Positions 54,311 to 62,589 of a stretch of 64,000 nt of DNA are shown here, piece after piece (position 1 is the stretch's first letter; each line of letters opens with the position of its first letter). Source of the DNA: Candidatus Eiseniibacteriota bacterium (GTDB lineage: Bacteria > Eisenbacteria > RBG-16-71-46 > JACRLI01); the NCBI GenBank assembly GCA_025351485.1, contig JANXVU010000147.1, positions 6,067 through 70,066 of the forward strand. The letters are read 5' to 3'. The notes under the pieces are model-generated. The model did not search any database, had not been told where the DNA came from, and saw nothing but the letters and a program-made list of their open reading frames with translations. The translations under genes were made by a program, and so were the position numbers.

Positions 54311-55215
54311 CCGACCCCAAGCTGATCGAAGCCATCGTCCAGGAAGTGCTGCGCCGCCTGCCGTCCTCCGCGGGAGCCAGCACCTGCGGCGACTGCACCT
54401 CGTGCGGGCACTGCGCGGTGAAGAAGCCCGAGATGATCAAGAGCCTCGTGGACCAGGGCGCCTGCCGCATCGGCTGCTGCCCCGGCGTGGGATCGGGCAT
54501 GCCGCCCACGCTGGCCTGCCTGATCGACCACACCCTGCTCAAGCCCGACGCCCCGCGCTCCGACGTGGAAAAGCTGTGCACGGAAGCGCTCGAGTACAAC
54601 TTTGCCTCGGTGTGCATCAACCCCTCGTGGGTCTCCCTGTGCCGCGACAAGCTGCGCGGCAGCGAGGTCAAAGTTTGCACCGTGATTGGTTTCCCGCTGG
54701 GGGCCAACACCACCCAGACCAAGGCGTTCGAAACCCGGCGGGCCATCCTGGACGGGGCCACCGAGGTGGATATGGTGATCAACGTCGGGCGGCTCAAGAG
54801 CGGCGACAACGACTACGTGGAAAAGGACATTCGCGAAGTGGTGGAGCAGGCCCGCCCCAACGTGCTGACCAAGGTGATCCTCGAGACCGCCCTGCTCAGC
54901 AAGGAAGAGATCGTGCGCGCTTCGCTGCTCGCGCGTTCCGCCGGGGCCAACTTCGTGAAAACCTCCACCGGGTTCGCCTCCGGCGGGGCCACCGCCGAGG
55001 ACGTGCGCCTGATGCGCCAGGCCGTGGGCGACCGCATGGGCGTGAAAGCTTCCGGCGGCATCCGAGACCGCAAAGTGGCCGAGGAAATGGTGGAGGCCGG
55101 CGCAACCCGCATCGGCGCCTCCGCCAGCGTGAAGATCGTGACCGAGGCGGCGGCCGCGGCCGGCGCGCCCAAGGCGGTCACCGAGAGCGCGGCCTCGGCA
55201 AAGTCGCAGTACTAG
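54307..55215 (+). CDS. deoC: deoxyribose-phosphate aldolase (DERA) with a 78-aa N-terminal extension
   Basis: ATG overlaps the rpiB stop (ATGA). Core [14 protein letters not shown]...CINPSWV...[12 protein letters not shown]...[10 protein letters not shown]...[10 protein letters not shown] (Schiff-base Lys)...VKASGGIRD is DeoC. The extension [18 protein letters not shown] + [50 protein letters not shown] is a predicted amphipathic helix followed by a Cys-rich segment. Confidence 0.85.
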   Translation: MTDPKLIEAIVQEVLRRLPSSAGASTCGDCTSCGHCAVKKPEMIKSLVDQGACRIGCCPGVGSGMPPTLACLIDHTLLKPDAPRSDVEKLCTEALEYNFASVCINPSWVSLCRDKLRGSEVKVCTVIGFPLGANTTQTKAFETRRAILDGATEVDMVINVGRLKSGDNDYVEKDIREVVEQARPNVLTKVILETALLSKEEIVRASLLARSAGANFVKTSTGFASGGATAEDVRLMRQAVGDRMGVKASGGIRDRKVAEEMVEAGATRIGASASVKIVTEAAAAAGAPKAVTESAASAKSQY

Positions 55216-55281
55216 GCAGCTTCCTTCCGCGCTACACTTGCTGCATGGGCGACCCTCCGCCCCGGCTTCGGAGATCCGGCC

Positions 55282-57417
55282 ATGCCCGTCCGCAAGATTG
55301 CCGCCCGCGCCACTCTTCTGACGCTCCTCCTGGGGCTGCTTCCGCTTATCAATTCCTGCGGCGACTCCACCACCCAACCCAATCCCGCTGTGTGCGAGAT
55401 CACCCCGGCGTCGCTCGACTTCTCGATCGTCCTGGCCGGGAGTAGCTCCGACCGGCAGATCACCGTCCGGAACACCGGCGGCTCCCGGTTGGAGGGCGCA
55501 GCGCGGGTGACCAGCGCGGTGTTCCACCTGGTGGGCGATACAACGTTTTCCCTGGATGCCGGACGCAGCGCGGTGCTCACGTTGCGCTATTCACCCGCAG
55601 CGGCGGGATCCGATTCGTGCGTGGTGAGCTTCACGGCGGCGGGCTGCGGGAGCCTCCGCGCGCGGGGCACGGGCACGGTGGTGGCGCAGACGTCCTGCCG
55701 GGTGCGGCCGGCGCAGATTGACTTCGGCCCGGTGCCTACCACCGGCTTCTCCGATCGCACCTTTACATTGGCCAACACCGGCAACGTCCGGATCACCGGC
55801 ATGGTCCAGGCCAATTGTGCATGGTTCCAGGTGGTCTCGCCGCCTTCCGGGTACGACCTCGCGCCCGGGGACTCGGCCACGTTCACCGTGCGCTTCCGTC
55901 CCGGATCGGTCGGTGCGCAGTCGTGCAGCATTTCCACGGGACAGAATGGTTGCGGCTCCGTGCTGGTCTCCGGAACGGGCAGCAGCAATTCCGGTGCGGT
56001 GTGCCAGTTCGATCCTGCCTCCCTCGATTTCGGGCGGGTCACGGGCGGGAGCCAGGACCGCACCTTCACTTTGGCCAACAATTCCGAACTGCCGATCACC
56101 GGGAGCATCCAACTGAGCTGCCCGGATTTCTCGCTGCTCGGAGCCGGCTCGGTTTCGCTGGCCGCACACCAGTCGGCATCGTATACGGTGAGATTTCACC
56201 CCGCGGTCTATGGAACCGAGACGTGCATGCTATCCGCGACCATCGCGGGCTGCGGAACCCTGCCCATGAGCGGAAGCTATGGCGGCCTGAACAGCTGCGA
56301 CGTGGCTCCGACAGATCTCGACTACGGGCTCCTGACCACGGGCCAGTCCCGGGAACTCACTTTCCGGATCCTGAATACCAGCGTGCAGGTGGTGGCAGGC
56401 GTGGTGTCCTCGCCCGAAGCGGGGTTCACCGTCGAAAACCCGACCTACAGCCTTGCCCCGGGCGCCCAGGTCACCATCCGGGTCACGGCGCATGCGCTCG
56501 GCGCCGGAACTCGTACCGCCCAACTCGACCTGGGCACGACCGCTTGCTTCGGCCCCCGGGCCAGGGTGCGGGTCTCGGAACCGCTGGCGCCGGGCTACCT
56601 GAAATGGGGTTCGCTGGGAAGCGCGGACGGCCAGTTCAGCAGCCCCTCGGGTGTGGCGGTGGGAGTGGACGGATCCGTCTATGTGACGGACGAGCACAAT
56701 GACCGGGTGCAGAAGTTCGGCGCAGACGGAGTTTTCCAGGCGTCGTTCACCGGATTCCATGGTCCTGCGGGTATCGCCGCCGATAAGCTGGGCGATATCT
56801 TCGTGAAAGATTCCGGGACCGGGATGATCCTCCGGATGAATTCCAGCGGCGCTGTGCTTGGCTCCTGGCAAGTCGGGATCTACAGCACGGGTCTCGCCTC
56901 GGACGACTCGGGAAACGTCTACGTGGCCATCGATGCAGCGCCCGCTGGGGTCTACAAGTACACCCGGGAAGGCGTACTGACGGGCCGTCTCACCGGCCAG
57001 ACGGGGGCCGGCCTGGGAGTGGATGGGGCCGGCGACGTTTACATCGGAGCCGCGGAGGCGGTGTACAGGTTGCATGCGGGCAGCGTGATCGCCACCTGGC
57101 CGAGCCCCCTGGGCCCGAACCTGCCATACAATCAATCGAGCCTGGGAGGGCTGGCCCTGGACGGGGCCGGGAACGTGTTGGTGACCCGCTACACCAACGA
57201 CACGGGAGTGGCGGCCGAAGTGGAAGTGCTCGAATCCCACGGAATCCTGGTCCACCGCTTCGGCGTGCAGGGCAGCGAGGACGGGGCCTTCTACTACCCC
57301 ACCGGCATCGCCGTCTCCCCCTCCGGTTACGTCTACGTGGTGGACCGCGCCAACCACCGGATCCAGCGCTTCGGGCCGGGGCAGTACTCCAAAGGCAGGT
57401 CAACTCTCCATCCTTGA
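55282..57417 (+). CDS. lipoprotein with five tandem Ig-like (ASH / choice-of-anchor-D-type) domains followed by an NHL-repeat beta-propeller
   Basis: Signal + lipobox LLPLINSC. Five ~75-aa repeats share C..I.P..LDFG.V..G.S.DRTFTL.N.G...ITG......C.F........Y.LAPG.S..F.VRF.P...G...C.....GCG. C-terminal NHL repeats (GSADGQFSSPSGVAVGVDGSVYVTDEHNDRVQKF..., ...YVVDRANHRIQRF). Confidence 0.75.
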   Translation: MPVRKIAARATLLTLLLGLLPLINSCGDSTTQPNPAVCEITPASLDFSIVLAGSSSDRQITVRNTGGSRLEGAARVTSAVFHLVGDTTFSLDAGRSAVLTLRYSPAAAGSDSCVVSFTAAGCGSLRARGTGTVVAQTSCRVRPAQIDFGPVPTTGFSDRTFTLANTGNVRITGMVQANCAWFQVVSPPSGYDLAPGDSATFTVRFRPGSVGAQSCSISTGQNGCGSVLVSGTGSSNSGAVCQFDPASLDFGRVTGGSQDRTFTLANNSELPITGSIQLSCPDFSLLGAGSVSLAAHQSASYTVRFHPAVYGTETCMLSATIAGCGTLPMSGSYGGLNSCDVAPTDLDYGLLTTGQSRELTFRILNTSVQVVAGVVSSPEAGFTVENPTYSLAPGAQVTIRVTAHALGAGTRTAQLDLGTTACFGPRARVRVSEPLAPGYLKWGSLGSADGQFSSPSGVAVGVDGSVYVTDEHNDRVQKFGADGVFQASFTGFHGPAGIAADKLGDIFVKDSGTGMILRMNSSGAVLGSWQVGIYSTGLASDDSGNVYVAIDAAPAGVYKYTREGVLTGRLTGQTGAGLGVDGAGDVYIGAAEAVYRLHAGSVIATWPSPLGPNLPYNQSSLGGLALDGAGNVLVTRYTNDTGVAAEVEVLESHGILVHRFGVQGSEDGAFYYPTGIAVSPSGYVYVVDRANHRIQRFGPGQYSKGRSTLHP

Positions 57418-57699
57418 GGTCTTTGCGGCCTCTGAAATATCCCCATTGAGCCGCCGCCCCCGCTTGGGCTAAAGTGGCTGGACTCGAAACCCACGAGAGT
57501 GCGCGACCGGAAACCCACCCTCCCCGGATGCCCGCACCGGCAGCAGCGCGGCCCCTTGAGAGCCCGCCAGGCGTGATTCGTCACGAAGAATTCATCCGGA
57601 CGGTGGCCGTTTGTCGCTTGCCTGCCCTGTATCGTTGGGGCAGACTCGCGCCTCACCCATGACTGCCAGCGTCCTTTACCGGGGCCCACAAACGCACGC

Positions 57700-60558
57700 A
57701 TGATCCTGCGCCGCTCGACTCACCTCGCCCTCGCCCTGATCGTGTTCTTGATCACCTCCCTGGCCACCGCCCATGCGGACCAGCGAGGCCTTCTTTCCGG
57801 AAGGATCCTGGACCAGGACGGCCACGCCATCCCTTTTGCCAGCGTGGGCATCCCGGCGGCCAAGACCGGGGGCCTCAGCGATGCCGAGGGCAACTACCGC
57901 GTTTCAGGCCTCACGGCCGGCACCTACCAGGTCAAGGTTAACTATATTGGTTATGAACCGACCACGGACGATGTGGTCATCGAAGAGGGTAAAACCACCC
58001 AGAAGAATTTCAAGCTCAAACAAATTATCGTCAAAAGAGAGAAGGAAGTAGTCGTTACCGCCGACCGGCCGCTGGTCGAAGTCCGCTCCTCCTCCACCGT
58101 CCGCTCCGTCACCAGCGAAGACATCAAGAAGCTGGCCGTCACCAACCTGGAGCAGGTGCTGGAGCAGCAGACCGGCACGGCCAAGACCAACGACGAGATC
58201 CACGTGCGTGGAGGTCGTTCGGACGAAGTGAGTTACGTGGTGGACGGGGCTAAGACCCGCGACCTGGTCTCGGGCAAGGGCACCGCCGGCAAGATCTCCT
58301 CGGGATCGGTCGCCGAAGTCGGCGTGATCACCGGGGGCTTCGACGCCGAGTTCGGGCAGGCGCTCTCGGGCGTGGTGCAGGTGCGGCTCAAGGAAGGCTC
58401 GTCGAAGTACCACGGCAGCTTCGAGTACCGCACCGACAAGGTCGGTTCCCTGGTGGACTCGTCCAGCTCGTTCAACACCGACGGGGCCAGCTTCCAGGTG
58501 GACGGGCCGGAGCCGCTGACCCGCCTGCTGGGCTGGAACGGGGATTCCAAGCTGACCTTCCTGGCCAGCCTGAACACCGAGTTCTCCGACACTTACCTGA
58601 AGAACATCCACAGCAACGGCAACGACTTCAAGCTCACGCCCGGCTACCAGGACTCGTTCCTGGGCAGCCTGCTCCGCTACGGCCACTTCTTTTCGCCGCG
58701 GCAGGACAACGGCTGGCAGTGCCTGTACAAGCTGGCCTACAAGGCCGCCACCAGCGACAAGTATTCGATCACTTACAATAAGTCGCTGCAGATCGACCAG
58801 GGCTTTGGCCGCCACCTGGTGAGCGACATCGCCGACGACCGCAACACCTACCCCTACCGCTGGACCAACCGCCTGGATCACGCGGCCATCGACACCGAGG
58901 ACAACACCACGATCTCCGGCACCTGGACCCACGTGTTCGGAACCAGCCTGGTCCAGCAGGTGCAGCTGGCCCGCAACGTGAGCGTGCTGCACGTAGGGGT
59001 GCAGGGCAAGAACGGCGAAGAGACCCCGTGGCGCGAGTACGTGGCCCCCAACGACGACATCTGGAAGGTGCTGGGCGCCGGGACCGCCGATACGCTGCGG
59101 GCCTACGACCTGTTCTACGACACCGGCGACGACTCCATCTTCCAGGACCGCTACAGCCGCGAGACCACGCTTTCCTACAGCTTGAACAGCGCCTCGCGTC
59201 ACCACGACATCAAGTTCGGCACCGAGCTCAATCTGCAATCGGCGCAGTTCATCGACATCGAGAACCCGTGGGACTACGACCCCGACACCCTGGGCAGCAA
59301 GCACGACATCTTCACCGTGCACCCGGCCACGGGCGACCTGTACCTGCGCGACCGCGTGGACTACGAGGGTTTCGTGGCCGACATCGGCGCCCGCTGGGAC
59401 CTGTACTTCCCGGGCAAGGAAGCCGAAGCCGCGGTCCTGGACACCAACAACCTGAACATCACCAGGACCGTGCGGGACGGATTCCAGAACGAAACCTTCA
59501 GCCTGATGGGCCGGCGCGTGAAGGCCCATCTTTCGCCGCGCATCTCGGTGTCGCACCCGATCACCGAGCGGGACAACTTCTATTTCAACTACGGCGAATT
59601 CACGCAGTGGCCGGCCTACTACTACATCTATTCCAAGATCGGCTCGATCTCGAGCGAGAACTTTCCGCAGATCGGCAACGTGAATCTGGACCCGACGGTC
59701 TCCATCCAGTTCGAGCTGGGCGGCCGGCACCAGATCTCGGATTTCCTCGGGGCCAACATCGCGTTCTACCAGAAGGACACCTACGGCTACCCGACGCTGG
59801 CCAGCTCGCAGCGCATCCAGGGCGCCAGCAACGCGCCGTTCTCGATCTACCTGAACAGCGACTTTTCGCGCTCCCGCGGAATCGAGCTGGAGCTGGAGAA
59901 GCGCCGCTCGAAGTATTTCTCGTACAAGGGCACCTACGAATACTCCACCATCCGCTCCAAGTCGTCCTCGCCCAACCAGCTGAAGATCATCCAGGAACTG
60001 GGCGGCGACACGCGCGAGGCGCGGGTGGGCGAGGAGATCGCCTACTGGCATCGCCCGCACCAGGGCCGGTTGCGGCTCTCCTGGAGCACCGGGGACGAAA
60101 CCGGCAAGAAGGCGTTCCTGGGCCTGATCGATCTGCCCAGCCGCTTCAGCATGTCGTGGAACTTCAGTCTGCGCTCGGGCCGCGCCTACACGCCGGGCCG
60201 GGTGCGGTTGACGTACGACTCCAAGGACTCGTCGGTGGCGGTTTCTTCGGAAGCCATCGGCGCTTCCAATTCGGCCAACGCGCCGGCGGAGTTCAACTGC
60301 GACCTGAAGCTGGCCAAGTCTTTCAGCATTTTCGGCCGCTCCCTGGATGCGAACCTGACCGCCACCAATCTTTTCAACACCGGCCGCTCGAAGTTCATCG
60401 ACCCGACCACCGGCAAGGCGTACACGGACGGCCAGGGGCTGTGGGGCTACTACGAGAAGACGGCGATCCAGAAGTACCGGCACACCCAGATCGCATCGAA
60501 TCCGTCGGTGCTGGGACAGGGAAGGAACATCCGATTGAGCGTGGGCTATGACTGGTAG
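57700..60558 (+). CDS. TonB-dependent outer-membrane receptor with an N-terminal carboxypeptidase-regulatory-like domain (SusC/RagA-like architecture)
   Basis: Signal peptide; GRILDQDGHAIPFASVGIPAAKTGGLSDAEGNYRVSGLTAGTYQVKVNYIGYEP (CarbopepD_reg_2); plug (EVVVTADRPLVEVRSSSTVRSVTSEDI...EIHVRGGRSDE...YVVDG); ~22-strand barrel ending ...GRNIRLSVGYDW. Confidence 0.8.
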   Translation: MILRRSTHLALALIVFLITSLATAHADQRGLLSGRILDQDGHAIPFASVGIPAAKTGGLSDAEGNYRVSGLTAGTYQVKVNYIGYEPTTDDVVIEEGKTTQKNFKLKQIIVKREKEVVVTADRPLVEVRSSSTVRSVTSEDIKKLAVTNLEQVLEQQTGTAKTNDEIHVRGGRSDEVSYVVDGAKTRDLVSGKGTAGKISSGSVAEVGVITGGFDAEFGQALSGVVQVRLKEGSSKYHGSFEYRTDKVGSLVDSSSSFNTDGASFQVDGPEPLTRLLGWNGDSKLTFLASLNTEFSDTYLKNIHSNGNDFKLTPGYQDSFLGSLLRYGHFFSPRQDNGWQCLYKLAYKAATSDKYSITYNKSLQIDQGFGRHLVSDIADDRNTYPYRWTNRLDHAAIDTEDNTTISGTWTHVFGTSLVQQVQLARNVSVLHVGVQGKNGEETPWREYVAPNDDIWKVLGAGTADTLRAYDLFYDTGDDSIFQDRYSRETTLSYSLNSASRHHDIKFGTELNLQSAQFIDIENPWDYDPDTLGSKHDIFTVHPATGDLYLRDRVDYEGFVADIGARWDLYFPGKEAEAAVLDTNNLNITRTVRDGFQNETFSLMGRRVKAHLSPRISVSHPITERDNFYFNYGEFTQWPAYYYIYSKIGSISSENFPQIGNVNLDPTVSIQFELGGRHQISDFLGANIAFYQKDTYGYPTLASSQRIQGASNAPFSIYLNSDFSRSRGIELELEKRRSKYFSYKGTYEYSTIRSKSSSPNQLKIIQELGGDTREARVGEEIAYWHRPHQGRLRLSWSTGDETGKKAFLGLIDLPSRFSMSWNFSLRSGRAYTPGRVRLTYDSKDSSVAVSSEAIGASNSANAPAEFNCDLKLAKSFSIFGRSLDANLTATNLFNTGRSKFIDPTTGKAYTDGQGLWGYYEKTAIQKYRHTQIASNPSVLGQGRNIRLSVGYDW

Positions 60559-61546
60559 CGTGAAGAAGATGGCCCTGCTGGCCGCCCTGCTCGCCCTTCC
60601 GTGCGCCGCGCATGCCCAGGATCAGCAGTTGGGCGGACAGCGCCGCGGCACGGCCTCGCTGGAGTTCTTGAAGATCGGCGTGGGCGCCCGGGCCGAGGCC
60701 ATGGGCGAGGCGTTCGTCTCGGTGGCCAACGACCCCAGCGCCATGTACTGGAACCCCGCGGGCGTGGCCTCGCTGCAGCGCCGTTCGGCCCAGATTTCCA
60801 CGACCCAGTATCCGGCCGACATCCGGTACAACCACCTCTCGGTGGTGTTCCCTTCCGAGGCGCTCGACGGCTCGATCGGGATCCAGATTGGCGGCCTGGC
60901 CTCCGACATGCCGGAGACGGACGAGTTCCATCCCTACGGCACCGGCCGCACCTTCACGTTCACGGACTTCGTGATGGGCGCCACCTACGCGCGGCGCTTC
61001 ACGGACAAGCTGCTGATCGGCTTTGGAATGAAGTTCGCGCGCGAGGACTACGGCTCGCAGCTCGACGCCCCGGTCACGCAGGCGCTGCTCTTCGACATCG
61101 GCTCGATCTACTACATCGGCTTCCGCAGCCTGCGCGTGGGCATGTCGCTCACCAATTTCGGCGGCGACGTGGGCCCACGGGGCTCGTTCGTCTCCTCCAA
61201 CGGCAGCGGCACCCGCTCCTACGACACTTTCACCGCGCCCACGACGTTCCGCTACGGCGTCGGCTTCGAGCCGCTGGAACGCGAGAACCTCCGCGTGACC
61301 GCGGCCCTGGAGGCCACCCAGCCTTCCGACAACCGGATCGAGTACCGGGTGGGCACCGAGGTCCTGTTCCAGGGCCACCTGGCGCTCCGCTCGGGATACC
61401 AGATCCGCAGCGACGCGTTCAAGTTCTCGGCCGGCGCCGGATTCAAGGGCGAGATCAGCTCGCTGGCGGGCGAAGTGGACTACGCCTACACCGACGGCGG
61501 CCCGCTGGGGCACGTGAACCGGCTTTCGCTGCAGGTGGCGTTCTGA
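60548..61546 (+). CDS. PorV/PorQ-family outer-membrane beta-barrel protein (T9SS PorV-like; FadL-like fold)
   Basis: Signal peptide ALLAALLALPCAAHAQ; family signature GTASLEFLKIGVGARAEAMGEAFVSVANDPSAMYWNPAGVA; C-terminal ...NRLSLQVAF. ATG 60548 overlaps the TBDT stop by 11 nt (alternative ATG 60569). Confidence 0.7.
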   Translation: MTGSVKKMALLAALLALPCAAHAQDQQLGGQRRGTASLEFLKIGVGARAEAMGEAFVSVANDPSAMYWNPAGVASLQRRSAQISTTQYPADIRYNHLSVVFPSEALDGSIGIQIGGLASDMPETDEFHPYGTGRTFTFTDFVMGATYARRFTDKLLIGFGMKFAREDYGSQLDAPVTQALLFDIGSIYYIGFRSLRVGMSLTNFGGDVGPRGSFVSSNGSGTRSYDTFTAPTTFRYGVGFEPLERENLRVTAALEATQPSDNRIEYRVGTEVLFQGHLALRSGYQIRSDAFKFSAGAGFKGEISSLAGEVDYAYTDGGPLGHVNRLSLQVAF

Positions 61547-62589
61547 TGGCCCGCACGCGAGGCGGCGCGTTTGCCGCGATCTCCCTGCTCACCCTGGCCC
61601 TGACCGGCTGCGGGCGGCTCTTCCCCGCGCCGATCGAGCGGCCCAAGGTCGGGGTGATTCCCCCGCCCGCGACGTTCATCCGCGTGGCCAGCTGGACGCG
61701 TTCCGACTGGAATCCCACCTGCGTCTTCCTGTCCCACAGCGGCGTGCTGCTGGTGGCCGAGGACAGCGCCCGGGTCCAGTACTACACCTCGCTGGGCTAC
61801 CGCGGGCAGGCCCAGCCGTTCAACGACATCTACTCCTTCGGCGGCCTGACCAGGCCGGTGCAGATCGCCGAGGGCGCGGGGCACATCTTCATCGCCGACA
61901 TGGGCGACGGCACCGCGGCGCACCCGATGGCGGTTTTCGAATACGACCCGGTGGGCGCCCTTCCGTTCGCGCCGATCAAGACCATCCGGGACACCTCCTG
62001 GGTCAGGATCCGCGGGCTCGCGGCGGACGAGGCCCGCACGGTGTACGTCTCCTGCGATGCCCGGGTGCTGGTGCCGCAGACGCCCAACCCCGCGGTCATC
62101 GATGTGCAGTCCCTCATTTACCACTACCACGCCAACGGCCTGCGGGACACGACGGCCGAGCAGGGCACCGGGATCGGAACCGTGCAGGGCGCCGGCGCGC
62201 TGGCCTACAAGGACGGCGCGATCTACGCGGCCGACACCGAGAAGGACTGGGGCCAGAAGATCGACGCGGCCGGGAAGAACCTGGGTTACTTCAAGGTGGA
62301 CGGCACCGAGGACGGCGCCCCCGGCCCGCTCAAGGGCCCGGTGGGCGTGGCGGTGGACGACAGCAACTATTTCTACATTTCCGACACCGGGCACGGGCGG
62401 GTGCTGCGCTACTACGTGGACGGCACGTTCAACCAGGTGGTGAACCAGAACGACACGCTGAATGTGGCCGGCGCCAACAACCTGGCCCATCCGGGCTCGG
62501 TGACCGTCGGGCTGGTGAGCGGCAGGCTGTACGCCTACGTGGCCGATCCCTTCCTTCACATCATCAACCTGTACAAGTTCCAGCGATGA
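61546..62589 (+). CDS. lipoprotein with NHL/YVTN-like beta-propeller repeats
   Basis: ATG overlaps the upstream stop (TGATG). Signal + lipobox LTLALTGCG. Repeats HIFIADMGDG..., GPVGVAVDDSNYFYISDTGHGRVLRYY. The upstream 315 codons of the listed ORF 60601..62589 are an artefact. Confidence 0.7.
   Translation: MARTRGGAFAAISLLTLALTGCGRLFPAPIERPKVGVIPPPATFIRVASWTRSDWNPTCVFLSHSGVLLVAEDSARVQYYTSLGYRGQAQPFNDIYSFGGLTRPVQIAEGAGHIFIADMGDGTAAHPMAVFEYDPVGALPFAPIKTIRDTSWVRIRGLAADEARTVYVSCDARVLVPQTPNPAVIDVQSLIYHYHANGLRDTTAEQGTGIGTVQGAGALAYKDGAIYAADTEKDWGQKIDAAGKNLGYFKVDGTEDGAPGPLKGPVGVAVDDSNYFYISDTGHGRVLRYYVDGTFNQVVNQNDTLNVAGANNLAHPGSVTVGLVSGRLYAYVADPFLHIINLYKFQR

Noticed and set aside
57904-60483. 859-aa minus-strand ORF
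   Set aside because: Antisense to the TonB-dependent receptor gene, which has clear plug and barrel features.
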